A DNA stretch of 33,187 bases from Candidatus Scatosoma sp. (GTDB lineage Bacteria; Bacillota; Clostridia; Christensenellales; Borkfalkiaceae), in the NCBI GenBank assembly GCA_045542815.1, contig JAZQLT010000162.1, positions 1 to 33,187 of the forward strand, written 5' to 3'. Positions 21,394 through 30,106 of this stretch are shown here, one piece after another. The notes under the pieces were generated by a model, which made no database searches, was not told the origin of the DNA, and saw nothing but the letters and a program-made list of their open reading frames with translations. Made by a program: the position numbers and the translations under genes. Numbering within the stretch: the stretch's first letter is position 1; every line of letters begins with the position of its first letter.

Positions 21394-23400
21394 TTATTTG
21401 GTTTTTTCGATGGAAGCGAGTGCTTTTTCCACAACGTTTTCTACGGTGAAACCGAAGTGGGGGAAGAGCACGCCTGCGGGCGCGGAAGCGCCGAAGGTGT
21501 CCATGCATACAAATTCACCGCATTCCCCTGCATATCTATACCAGCTATACGGGGAAGCCGCTTCTACGCATACACGTGCTTTTACGTTCTTAGGTAAAAC
21601 GCTTTCCTTATATTCCTGCGTTTGCTTTTCAAATTCTTCGATGCAAGGCATGGAGACGACTCTCGCGTTTACACCCTGTTCTTTCAAAGCGTCTTTTGCC
21701 TTGACGCAAAGCTCGATTTCCGAACCCGTACCCATCAAGATGACGTCGGGCGTGCCTTCGCAATCCGCAAGCACGTACCCGCCCTTTTGCGCCGCCTTAC
21801 CGTCGCTGCCTTCGTACTGGGGCAGGTTCTGGCGGGAAAGTACGAGCACGGTAGGCTCGTTGCCGCTCATAGCGGACACCCAAGCCGCCGCCGTTTCCTT
21901 GCCGTCTGCGGGGCGGAATACCTTGATACCGGGAATGGAACGGAGCATGATGAGCTGTTCCACGGGCTGGTGGGTAGGGCCGTCTTCGCCTACGCCGATA
22001 GAATCGTGCGTCATGATATAGGTAACGGGCAGCTTCATGAGTGCCGAAAGACGCATTGCGGGCTTGCAGTAGTCGGAGAACACAAAGAAGGTCGCGCAAT
22101 ACGCTTGCAAACCGCCGTGGAGCTGCATACCGTTGGCAATTGCCGCCATTGCGTGTTCACGGATACCGTAGTGCATATTTCTGCCCGCATAATTTTCTTT
22201 GGAGAAATACCCAAACTTCACCTCGTCCGTGTCCTTCATTTCCGAAAGGTTGGAAGGACCAAGGTCGGCAGAACCGCCGATGAGCTGGGGCATGTATGCG
22301 GCGAGCTTGTTAAGCACTTGCGCGGAAGTTTGACGGGTAGCCATAGGCTTTGCAAAATCGTACAAGCCTTCGATTTCGTCGAAGTTGGGTTTTTCGCCTG
22401 CCATTACCGCTTTGTATTCAGCCGCAAGTTCGGGGTAAGCCGCTTCGTATTCCGCAAACATCTTTTCCCATTCCGCCTGCGCAAGGGCACCTGCCTGACC
22501 TGCCGTTTTGCAATGTGCATACACTTCTTCGGGGCATTCGAAGGGGGGATATTCCCAGCCAAGCTTTTCTTTGGATTTTTGCAGGTTGTCCGCGCCAAGG
22601 GGAGCGCCGTGGCATTTTGCCGTATCCTGCAAGGGAGAGCCGAAGCCGATGTTGGTCTTGCAGATGATGATAGACGGCTTATCCGTGCGAGCTTTCGCTT
22701 TTTCGATTGCCGCGGAAAGGGTAGCGACGTCATCTACGCTGTCTCCCGTAAGATCTACGTGCAACACCTGCCAGTTCTGCGCCGCAAAGCGCGCGCCTAC
22801 GTGTTCTTTAAAGGTAACGTCCGTATCCCCTTCGATCGTGATTTCGTTGTCGTCGTAAAGAAGAATGAGCTTCCCAAGTCCCATCGTGCCCGCAAAGGAC
22901 GCCGCTTCGTAGGAAATACCTTCTTCCAGACACCCGTCGCCGCAAATCGCATAGGTGTAGTGATCTACGATATCGTAGCCGGGTTTGTTATATCTTGCCG
23001 CAAGGTGTGCTTCCGCGAGTGCCATACCTACCGCGTTGGCGATACCCTGTCCCAAGGGGCCCGTGGTCGTTTCTACGCCCGCCGTATGACCGTATTCGGG
23101 GTGGCCGGGAGTCTTCGAACCAAGCTGACGGAACTGCTTTAAGTCGTCCATACTCAAACCCATTCCGTATAAGTGGAAAAGGGAGTAGTTAAGCATAGAG
23201 CCGTGTCCCGCGGAAAGAATGAATCTGTCGCGGTTATCCCACGTAAGGTCTGCGGGATTGAATTTCAGAAAATTCTGAAAAAGGGTGTAGCCGATCGGGG
23301 CGCAGCCCATGGGCAAGCCAGGGTGTCCGGATTTTGCTTTGTCGATCGCTTCCGCGGACAAAATTCTGATCGCGTTGATGGTAGTTTTCTGTACGTCCAT
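21394..23400 (-). CDS. tkt: Transketolase
   Basis: 668 aa. MDVQKTTINAIRILSAEAIDKAKSGHPGLPMG...GDGCLEEGISYEA...THDSIGVGEDGPTHQPVEQL. Confidence 0.97.
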   Translation of the reverse strand: MDVQKTTINAIRILSAEAIDKAKSGHPGLPMGCAPIGYTLFQNFLKFNPADLTWDNRDRFILSAGHGSMLNYSLFHLYGMGLSMDDLKQFRQLGSKTPGHPEYGHTAGVETTTGPLGQGIANAVGMALAEAHLAARYNKPGYDIVDHYTYAICGDGCLEEGISYEAASFAGTMGLGKLILLYDDNEITIEGDTDVTFKEHVGARFAAQNWQVLHVDLTGDSVDDVATLSAAIEKAKARTDKPSIIICKTNIGFGSPLQDTAKCHGAPLGADNLQKSKEKLGWEYPPFECPEEVYAHCKTAGQAGALAQAEWEKMFAEYEAAYPELAAEYKAVMAGEKPNFDEIEGLYDFAKPMATRQTSAQVLNKLAAYMPQLIGGSADLGPSNLSEMKDTDEVKFGYFSKENYAGRNMHYGIREHAMAAIANGMQLHGGLQAYCATFFVFSDYCKPAMRLSALMKLPVTYIMTHDSIGVGEDGPTHQPVEQLIMLRSIPGIKVFRPADGKETAAAWVSAMSGNEPTVLVLSRQNLPQYEGSDGKAAQKGGYVLADCEGTPDVILMGTGSEIELCVKAKDALKEQGVNARVVSMPCIEEFEKQTQEYKESVLPKNVKARVCVEAASPYSWYRYAGECGEFVCMDTFGASAPAGVLFPHFGFTVENVVEKALASIEKTK

Positions 23401-23447
23401 TATATATTCTCCTAAAAAAGTTTGCTATGTATAGTGTGTGATAAAAA

Positions 23448-25151
23448 TCAGTTTTTCAAATCTTCCACGCAAAGCTGCTCGGCAATTTCTTTCTTTTCAT
23501 TGCCCAAGGGCAAGCTCAATTGCTCGGCTTCTTCGCACTTTTCCTGCTCCGTGTTTTCCGCTTCCTTTGCAAAAAGGAAAGAGAGTGCGGCGCGGTGCGC
23601 TTTGAGATGATTGATGAGCTTTTGGCGCTCTGCTTCAATGCCTTCCTGTAAAGGCGTGATATCCAAGAAAGGATACTGCTGCAGGAAGCGGTAAAGCTCC
23701 TTTGCCATTTTCAGCACGCCCGCTTCGTCGTCGCTTTCCATATTGATGGGCAAGATAGGTTCGTGCAGGCTCATGCGGAGCAGCGTCCAGCCCTTGCCGT
23801 GGCTTTCGTCGTAATTTACGCGGCAACCCTCGTAGTTGTCGGGCGCGGGGTCTGCGTAGGGCAGAGCCTTTGCGTGCGCTTCAAATTCTTGGAGCACGTG
23901 CTCGCCGAGCATTTTAAAATCGCACCCCGGAATAAAGCGCAGGCGCACTTCAAGCGCCGTTTTGGGCATTTCCAGCTCCGCGATGAGATCGCCGAGCTCC
24001 TTGCCTTCCTTTGCCGCATTCGCAAGCGCGATGAGAAGGCGGGTGATAAGGTATGCGCCGTCGTCTAAGAAATAGTTTTCCATCAAAGCGGCGTGCCCGC
24101 TCGTTTCGATAGCAAGGGGGGCGTATTCGCCTTCCGCGTTCAGACGGAGCGCTTCGTTGATGACGTTTTTATAACCGCGTTTAAAGCGGTGATGTTTGCC
24201 GCCTTTTTGCGCGATGAATTTTGCCAAACCGTCGGAAGTAACCGAATCGGTAACGATCGTACCCGCTTTTTCCGAAAGCAGGATTGCGGAAATGAGCGCA
24301 ATCAAACGGTTGCGGTTGATTTCCGTGCCGTCCTTATCCACAGCGCCCGCTCTATCTACGTCCGTATCGAAGATGATACCAAAGTCCGCGCCCGCAGCCG
24401 TTACCGCTTGGCAAACGGACTCCATTGCCGCTTTATTTTCGGGATTGGGGATATGGTTAGGGAAAGTGCCGTCGGGTTCTAAGAACTGCGAGCCTTCGGT
24501 ATCCGCACCGAGCACGGCAAGCACCTTATCGGCGAAAAATCCGCCCGCGCCGTTGCCTGCATCGACGACGATTTTTTTGCCTGCAAGGGGAGTTTCTTCG
24601 CCTGTTGCTTGGCGGACTTTTTCCACCAAGGAAGCCGCGTAGGCGTCAAGATAGGGCGCGTCCGTTCTTTTACCCGCTTTGCCTTGGGTAAAGCGGTAGC
24701 TTGCCGCCCAAGAAAGGATTTCTTTTACGTCGCCGCTTTCTAAGCCGCCGTTTTGGGAAAAGAATTTCATGCCGTTGCGGTGGAAGGGCAAATGGCTTGC
24801 CGTAATCATGATCGAGCCGTGGCAGGGAGCTCCTGCGAATTTTTCGTCTTTCAAAAGCATAAACATGGAAGGGGTGGTAGAAAGCCCCGTAACGATTGCG
24901 TTATGCCCCGTGGAAAGGATCCCGCGCGCCGCCGCTTCGCAAAGAGCGGGGGAAGAGATACGGGAATCGTGTCCGATGGCGATATTCACCGTGCTATTGC
25001 CCGTATGTGAAACGAGCCATACGCAGAAAGCTTTGGCGATATTCTCCACCGCTTCTTCCGTCAAATTTACGGGCTCGCCCGCTACGCCTTCGCTGGCTAC
25101 GCCGCGAACGTCCGTTCCGTTTCTGAGATTTGCATAATCCGTTGCCGTCAT
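23448..25151 (-). CDS. Phosphohexomutase (phosphoglucomutase/phosphomannomutase family) with a charged C-terminal extension
   Basis: From ATG 25151 with AAGGAG as RBS: MTATDYANLRNGTDVRG..., active-site loop ITASHLPFHRNG, FDTDVDRAG. The track start at 25277 lies upstream of the promoter and RBS. Confidence 0.88.
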   Translation of the reverse strand: MTATDYANLRNGTDVRGVASEGVAGEPVNLTEEAVENIAKAFCVWLVSHTGNSTVNIAIGHDSRISSPALCEAAARGILSTGHNAIVTGLSTTPSMFMLLKDEKFAGAPCHGSIMITASHLPFHRNGMKFFSQNGGLESGDVKEILSWAASYRFTQGKAGKRTDAPYLDAYAASLVEKVRQATGEETPLAGKKIVVDAGNGAGGFFADKVLAVLGADTEGSQFLEPDGTFPNHIPNPENKAAMESVCQAVTAAGADFGIIFDTDVDRAGAVDKDGTEINRNRLIALISAILLSEKAGTIVTDSVTSDGLAKFIAQKGGKHHRFKRGYKNVINEALRLNAEGEYAPLAIETSGHAALMENYFLDDGAYLITRLLIALANAAKEGKELGDLIAELEMPKTALEVRLRFIPGCDFKMLGEHVLQEFEAHAKALPYADPAPDNYEGCRVNYDESHGKGWTLLRMSLHEPILPINMESDDEAGVLKMAKELYRFLQQYPFLDITPLQEGIEAERQKLINHLKAHRAALSFLFAKEAENTEQEKCEEAEQLSLPLGNEKKEIAEQLCVEDLKN

Positions 25152-25215
25152 TTTTCCGCTCCTTATCATCGGGTTTTGCCCTGCGCGCCATGCGCGCGCG
25201 TGTGAACATATATTT

Positions 25216-25244
25216 ATTATAACTTTTTTTGCGCTTTTTTTCAA
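25216..25244 (-). promoter_or_regulatory. Consensus sigma-70 promoter for the phosphohexomutase-tkt unit
   Basis: The minus strand reads TTGAAA (25244-25239), a 17-nt spacer, then TATAAT (25221-25216). Confidence 0.55.
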
Positions 25245-25332
25245 GCTTTTGACGGATAAAAGTTTGCACTTTTTCAAAATATTTTCTTTTGTAAAAAAAA
25301 TGCAACAAAAACGGATTTTTTTTGGAATTTCC

Positions 25333-25361
25333 TTGACTTAAAAGTATAAGAGTGATAAAAT
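25333..25361 (+). promoter_or_regulatory. Sigma-70 promoter for degV
   Basis: TTGACT 25333-25338, 17-nt spacer, TAAAAT 25356-25361. It is overlapped by the GTGATAA-N13-TTATCAC palindrome. Confidence 0.5.
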
Positions 25362-25393
25362 AATATAGATATTATCACCAAAGGAGAAGACAA

Positions 25394-26299
25394 ATGGCTT
25401 TATTTGAAGTATCCAGCGATTCGACCTGTGATCTTAAAAAAGAATACCGAGAAAAAAGAAATATATGGTTTACTCCCTTGACCTTTACCATGGAAAAGGA
25501 CGGAAATATCGAAGAAGGGCTCGATAATTTTCAGAAGGAAGAAGAGTACGTAGAATTCTATGAAAAAGTAGCTGCAGGGTATTTCCCCCGCACGGCAAAG
25601 CTCAACTATGAAGCACACATGGAACACTTCACCAAAATGGCAAAGGCGGGCGTGAAGACCGCGCTGCATTTCATGATTTCTTCGGGGCTTGCAAACACCG
25701 TGGAAATTACCCGTCAGGCGGCGGAAGATATTAAAAAGGAATATCCTGATTTTACCGTATATGCGGTCGATCCCTTGACGGCGACGATCGGTCAGGGCGC
25801 TTTGGTTATGTTGGCGGCGGATTGCCGCGATAAGGGCATGACGGCGGAAGAAACGTACGAATATTTGATGCAGGTGCGTCAGCGCATTCAGCATTGCATT
25901 ATCCCCAACGATTTGTTCTATCTCAAAAAGGGCGGACGGGTATCGGCGGCTTCGGCGGCGTTCGGTACGATGTTGAACATCAAGCCTATGCTCACCTTCG
26001 ACGAGGAAGGAAAATTGAAGGTTTTGGAAAAATGCAAGGGCATGAAAAAAGCCTTCTCGCGCGTGCTGGAACACATGAGCAAGGCACCCATGGACGAGAA
26101 TAAGCTCGCTGTGGTCGTGCATACGAACAACGAAAAGGGCGCAAACGAGCTTGCTTCGCTCATCGAAGCGCATACGGGTATAAGACCGCTCGTTACCATT
26201 ATGGGGCCTGTCATCGGCTCGCACGTAGGGCCCGGTTCGGTGTCTTGCGGTTGGGTATCGACGAAGACCCGCGCGGAACTCCACAAAGAATTATCGTAA
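25394..26299 (+). CDS. DegV family fatty-acid-binding protein
   Basis: VSSDSTCDL..., ISSGLANT, LKKGGRVS, GPVIGSHVGPGS. Confidence 0.9.
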   Translation: MALFEVSSDSTCDLKKEYREKRNIWFTPLTFTMEKDGNIEEGLDNFQKEEEYVEFYEKVAAGYFPRTAKLNYEAHMEHFTKMAKAGVKTALHFMISSGLANTVEITRQAAEDIKKEYPDFTVYAVDPLTATIGQGALVMLAADCRDKGMTAEETYEYLMQVRQRIQHCIIPNDLFYLKKGGRVSAASAAFGTMLNIKPMLTFDEEGKLKVLEKCKGMKKAFSRVLEHMSKAPMDENKLAVVVHTNNEKGANELASLIEAHTGIRPLVTIMGPVIGSHVGPGSVSCGWVSTKTRAELHKELS

Positions 26300-26302
26300 T
26301 CT

Positions 26303-26330
26303 AAAACGGCGCACAGCGCCGTTTTTTCTT
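26303..26330 (+). terminator. Intrinsic terminator after degV
   Basis: ACGGCGC, loop ACA, GCGCCGT, followed by TTTTTCTT. Confidence 0.8.
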
Positions 26331-26373
26331 GGGATTTTTGTGTAAAAATATATATATTTTTCTTGCAAAAGCC

Positions 26374-26402
26374 TTGCTTTATTACGCAAGATTTGATACA
26401 AT
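26374..26402 (+). promoter_or_regulatory. Sigma-70 promoter for the UDP-sugar pyrophosphorylase gene
   Basis: TTGCTT 26374-26379, 17-nt spacer, TACAAT 26397-26402. Confidence 0.45.
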
Positions 26403-26430
26403 TAAAGAAAAGAATAAAAGGAGACTTTTT

Positions 26431-27660
26431 ATGACGTACGAAAACGCAAAAGCATTATTGGAAGCAAAAGGGCAGACGCAGCTGTTGAAATATTACGACG
26501 AACTGGACGAAGCGGGCAAAGCGAACCTTCTCGAAGCGATTGGCAATATCGATTGGAGCTTTGAAGAAGCGCTTGCAAACCCTACGGACATGAGCGGCAA
26601 GGGCCGTGATATCCGTCCTATTTCGGGGCTTCGCCGTACGGAGATCGAAAAGGATCTTGCAAAATACGAAGAAACGGGTGTTGCCGCAATCAAAGCGGGC
26701 AAGGTGGCGGCGGTGCTCCTTGCAGGCGGTATGGGTACTCGTCTTGGGGTGGACGGTCCCAAGGGTGCGTACAATATCGGCGTTACCAAGCCTTTGTATA
26801 TTTTCGAACAGCAGATGAGAAATCTCATGGAAGTAACGGATAAGTGCGGCGCTACCGTACCCGTATATATCATGACGAGCGATAAAAACCACGCGCAGAC
26901 GGTGGCGTTCTGGAAAGAACATAATTACTTCGGATATCCCGAATCGGAAATCAAGTTCTTCAAGCAGGAAATGGCACCCGCAGTGGATTACGACGGGAAA
27001 ATTATTCTTGAACGCAAGGATACCCCCGCGCTTTCGCCCAACGGCAACGGCGGTTGGTTTAGCTCCATGATGAAGGCGGGGCTTGGCGAAGACTTGAAAA
27101 AGCGCGGCGTGGAATGGCTGAATATCTACGCGGTGGATAACGTATTGCAGCGTATTGCCGACCCCGTATTCGTAGGCGCAACGATTTTGAGCGGTGTGAA
27201 CTGCGGCGCGAAGGTTATTTGCAAGAACGACCCTTACGAAAAGGTAGGCGTACTTTGCATGGACGGCGATCAGCCTGATATCATCGAATACTATGAGCTT
27301 ACGGACGAAATGGCGAACCAAAAGGACGAAAACGGCGACTATGCGTACGTGTTCGGCGTAATCTTGAATTATCTGTTCCGTCTTTCCAAGCTGGAAGAGA
27401 TCGTAAACGACAAGATCCCCGTACATATCGTAGAGAAGAAGATCGAATGCCTTTGCGAAGACGGCGTTACGAGAAAGCCCGATAAAGAAAACGGTAAAAA
27501 GTTTGAAACGCTCGCGGTCGATCTCATCAAACCCATGGGCAGCGTATTGCCCTTCGAAGTCGTGCGTGAAAAGGAATTTGCGCCCATAAAAAATAAGACG
27601 GGCGTAGATAGCGTGGAATCCGCACGCGAGCTTCTCAAAGGCAACGGAGTAATTTTGTAA
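26431..27660 (+). CDS. UDPGP-family (eukaryote-type UAP1/UGP-like) UDP-sugar pyrophosphorylase
   Basis: From ATG 26431 with AAAGGAGA as RBS. VAAVLLAGGMGTRLGVDGPKGAYNIG..., SPNGNGG, YAVDNVL. Confidence 0.88.
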   Translation: MTYENAKALLEAKGQTQLLKYYDELDEAGKANLLEAIGNIDWSFEEALANPTDMSGKGRDIRPISGLRRTEIEKDLAKYEETGVAAIKAGKVAAVLLAGGMGTRLGVDGPKGAYNIGVTKPLYIFEQQMRNLMEVTDKCGATVPVYIMTSDKNHAQTVAFWKEHNYFGYPESEIKFFKQEMAPAVDYDGKIILERKDTPALSPNGNGGWFSSMMKAGLGEDLKKRGVEWLNIYAVDNVLQRIADPVFVGATILSGVNCGAKVICKNDPYEKVGVLCMDGDQPDIIEYYELTDEMANQKDENGDYAYVFGVILNYLFRLSKLEEIVNDKIPVHIVEKKIECLCEDGVTRKPDKENGKKFETLAVDLIKPMGSVLPFEVVREKEFAPIKNKTGVDSVESARELLKGNGVIL

Positions 27661-28013
27661 TGGCAACCGAGCTGGAAGGGAATGAAAAACTGCAACGGTT
27701 TATTCAGCTGCTTGCCGATTTAAACCGCGAAGCGGTGCAAATGATAAAGACGGGCAATTTGGAGCTTCTCTACGAGATGAACGATACCGTGGAAGAAATG
27801 TACTCCATTCAGCACGAAGGCACGGAAGACGCTTATACGGCGATTGAAGAAGACGCGCAGGTGATCTATCAGAATTTTAACGCTATGGTTACCATGGTGC
27901 AGAGCAACGAACAGGAAACGCTCGATCAAGCGACTTCGGTTGCGCTCAAAAAGTTCTTGCATAATATCTTCGACGCAAACGTCCGTATCGTAGTTGCCTA
28001 TGGCTTAGTATAA
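27660..28013 (+). CDS. Hypothetical small acidic, predicted all-helical protein, translationally coupled to the pyrophosphorylase gene
   Basis: 117 aa. The ATG overlaps the upstream stop (TAATG). I recognise no motif. Confidence 0.6.
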   Translation: MATELEGNEKLQRFIQLLADLNREAVQMIKTGNLELLYEMNDTVEEMYSIQHEGTEDAYTAIEEDAQVIYQNFNAMVTMVQSNEQETLDQATSVALKKFLHNIFDANVRIVVAYGLV

Positions 28014-28025
28014 CGAAAAATAAGA

Positions 28026-28065
28026 AAAAGAGACGCCCATGTACGAGATGAGCGTCTTTTTTTTG
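28026..28065. terminator. Bidirectional terminator whose 15-nt loop is motif copy e (CCATGTACGAGATGA)
   Basis: AGACGC (28031-28036), loop 28037-28051, GCGTCT (28052-28057), then T8. An A-run lies 5'. Confidence 0.7.
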
Positions 28066-28443
28066 TTAAAAAATGTTGCCGAGCGTTAGGGTGTAGCCCT
28101 TGGGTACGTTTTCCGAAAGCCCTAAGATGACTTCGATTTTGGGCAGGGCGCTCTTATAGTCTTCCACGTAGATGAACCCGATGGCTTCGTCCAGCTGATA
28201 ATCGATCTCGTACAAGACGGTGTGAGGGATCCACACGTGCATGACGATTTTGTGTTTATCCCAAAACTCCCGCATGGATAGCCCGTCGTTGTAGGAAACG
28301 GTGCCCAGCTCGGTCTTGGATTTAAGCGTATGCAGGGCGGTATAAAATTCTTCAAATTTGCGCTGTACGTAGTTGGCTTCGTAGAAGGATAAACCAAGCA
28401 AGAGCGCAAGGGTGATAAAAGCGCTTACAATCGTTCGTATCAT
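28066..28443 (-). CDS. DUF4363-like small membrane-anchored protein
   Basis: From ATG 28443 with GGAG as RBS: MIRTIVSAFITLALLLGLSFYEANYVQRKFEEF... It is adjacent to a DUF421 gene, as is usual for this family. Confidence 0.75.
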   Translation of the reverse strand: MIRTIVSAFITLALLLGLSFYEANYVQRKFEEFYTALHTLKSKTELGTVSYNDGLSMREFWDKHKIVMHVWIPHTVLYEIDYQLDEAIGFIYVEDYKSALPKIEVILGLSENVPKGYTLTLGNIF

Positions 28444-28462
28444 GTCCGTATTCTCCAAAGTT

Positions 28463-29149
28463 TTACCATAGTTGTTTCTCCCATTCCAAGCGGAACACCT
28501 TATATTTTTTGCCCCGTTCCTGCCAATAGATTTTGCCCGTTCCGTCCACCGTCATGATCAGCGTGTTTTTCTCGTCCTTACCGCCGTGCTCTCGCAAAGC
28601 GTCTAAAAAATATTCCTTTGTGCGCTTGGTGAGCGAGACATTCTTCTCGTCGAACTTTCCTTCGTCAATGAGAACGACGGGCAGGGAAGTTTGCAGGCTT
28701 TGATAATCCTTTTTGGGGAGCGCGGAAAAAGTGCCTTCCGATTCGTACAGCGCATACTCTACCGCGTCCAAGGAAAAATAGCCTTCCACGCGCAGGCTTT
28801 CGATTAAATCGGTTACGTCCAGATTGTTCTTTTTTAACTGCGTATCATCTACGCCGTTTCGATTTAAAACGATACTCGGCGTACCGCTTAAAACGGATTT
28901 TGCGCCGCGAACGCTCAAATCGATAACGCATACTACTTGATGTAGGAGATACACGGTGAGAATGGCGACAATTCCGTACAAAAGGGGAATGGACGTGTCG
29001 CCCATGGGAATGCACGCAAGCTCCGCGATGATGAGCGTGATAACCAGCTCGTAGGGCTGCATTTCCCCGATCTGCCGCTTGCCCATAAGCCGCATAACGA
29101 TAAAAAGGGTGATAAAAATGATGGTCGTGCGGATAATGATAAGTCCCAT
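28463..29149 (-). CDS. DUF421 (YetF/YdfS-like) membrane protein
   Basis: MGLIIIRTTIIFITLFIVMRLMGKRQIGEMQPYELVITLIIAELA... The start is uncertain, either ATG 29149 or TTG 29173. Confidence 0.82.
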   Translation of the reverse strand: MGLIIIRTTIIFITLFIVMRLMGKRQIGEMQPYELVITLIIAELACIPMGDTSIPLLYGIVAILTVYLLHQVVCVIDLSVRGAKSVLSGTPSIVLNRNGVDDTQLKKNNLDVTDLIESLRVEGYFSLDAVEYALYESEGTFSALPKKDYQSLQTSLPVVLIDEGKFDEKNVSLTKRTKEYFLDALREHGGKDEKNTLIMTVDGTGKIYWQERGKKYKVFRLEWEKQLW

Positions 29150-29191
29150 ACGGTTATTTTGCGTGAACGGCAAAAAAGTATGCGCAAACGC

Positions 29192-29220
29192 TTGCTTTTT
29201 GACAAATAAAGGGGTATAAT
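29192..29220 (+). promoter_or_regulatory. Sigma-70 promoter driving the THF riboswitch-folT transcript
   Basis: TTGCTT 29192-29197, 17-nt spacer, TATAAT 29215-29220. Confidence 0.5.
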
Positions 29221-29228
29221 AAGGAAAA

Positions 29229-29324
29229 AGTAAGAGTAGCCTTTTGCGCGTAAAGTGCTGCCGAACGGGACGTTGTCGGCGGACGAAAGGAAATTTTCCT
29301 GCGGTGCGAAGGCGCGTCCGCTAC
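29229..29324 (+). promoter_or_regulatory. THF (tetrahydrofolate) riboswitch aptamer
   Basis: The conserved core is recognisable against the folT-motif consensus as I remember it: AGAGTAG...GCGCGTAAAGTG...GAACGGGACGTTGTC...GGACGAA...GGCGCGTCCGCT. It sits upstream of an ECF S-component gene. Confidence 0.8.
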
Positions 29325-29335
29325 AATACGAGCCA

Positions 29336-29351
29336 CCCATGTACGCGTTGA
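29336..29351 (+). repeat. Motif copy f: CCCATGTACGCGTTGA
   Basis: Direct reading. It lies between the THF aptamer and the SD-sequestering hairpin. Confidence 0.6.
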
Positions 29352-29406
29352 ACGCGGAAAACGGCTCAAAATTACTGCGCGGACCTCTCAAAAGGAGGTT
29401 TTTATT

Positions 29407-29997
29407 ATGTCCGAAAGTCAATCGGAGCAAAAGGCTTGGAAGCGTTTTCTCTTTTCCGAAACCTTGGCGGGGAAGAACAAGAGCCACAAGATTACCTATA
29501 TCGCGGTGATGACGGCGCTCATCGTCGTGGCGAATATGTTTTTCGAGTTTAAGCTTGCGGAAACGCAATTTTCGTTGACGCTGGTGATATCGGCGCTCAC
29601 GGGCATACTGATCGGTCCCGTTTTTGGCTTTGTTGCTTGCTTTTTGGGAGATCTGGTAGGATTTTTATATCATTCCGCGGGGTTTGCTTATCTGCCGTGG
29701 ATCGGTATTTCAATGGGGCTGACCGCCGCGATCGCGGGTGCCGTTGTCAACGGCTTGCGCAGCGAAAAACGCGGTTTCCTGTATTGCAAGCTTGCTTTGG
29801 TAAGTCTGCTGACTTTTTGTATTTGTACCGTAGCGATCAACACGACGGCGTTTTGGCTGCTCTATTCCAAGGTGGATTACGGCACGTATCTTATTTCCCG
29901 CCTGTTCGTGCAAGGGCAGATTTGGAACAGTCTTTTCAATTACGTGCTGCTTTTTATTTCCGTGCCTGCGCTCAAACGCTTGAAAATCGTGCGCTAA
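29407..29997 (+). CDS. folT: Folate-family ECF transporter S component
   Basis: 196 aa with about 6 TM helices. AGGAGG serves as RBS. It lies directly behind a THF riboswitch. Confidence 0.8.
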   Translation: MSESQSEQKAWKRFLFSETLAGKNKSHKITYIAVMTALIVVANMFFEFKLAETQFSLTLVISALTGILIGPVFGFVACFLGDLVGFLYHSAGFAYLPWIGISMGLTAAIAGAVVNGLRSEKRGFLYCKLALVSLLTFCICTVAINTTAFWLLYSKVDYGTYLISRLFVQGQIWNSLFNYVLLFISVPALKRLKIVR

Positions 29998-30025
29998 CAG
30001 TGAAAATTCCATAAAATTTAAGAAA

Positions 30026-30060
30026 AGTCGTCAGAGAGTTGTTGACGGCTTTTTATTATT
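30026..30060 (+). terminator. Intrinsic terminator after folT
   Basis: AGTCGTCA pairs with TGACGGCT (one G-U pair), with a 9-nt loop, then TTTTATTATT. Confidence 0.6.
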
Positions 30061-30070
30061 ATGCTATAAT
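30042..30070 (+). promoter_or_regulatory. Sigma-70 promoter (extended -10) for lgt-pncB-lspA
   Basis: TTGACG 30042-30047, 17-nt spacer ending in TGC, TATAAT 30065-30070. Confidence 0.55.
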
Positions 30071-30106
30071 AATAAAAGCGGTAAAAAAAGTTCAAGGAGA
30101 ACTATT

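Noticed and set aside
29255-29509. 84-aa ORF overlapping the THF riboswitch and the start of folT.
   Set aside because: It lies across a recognisable riboswitch aptamer and is out of frame with folT. It has no RBS.
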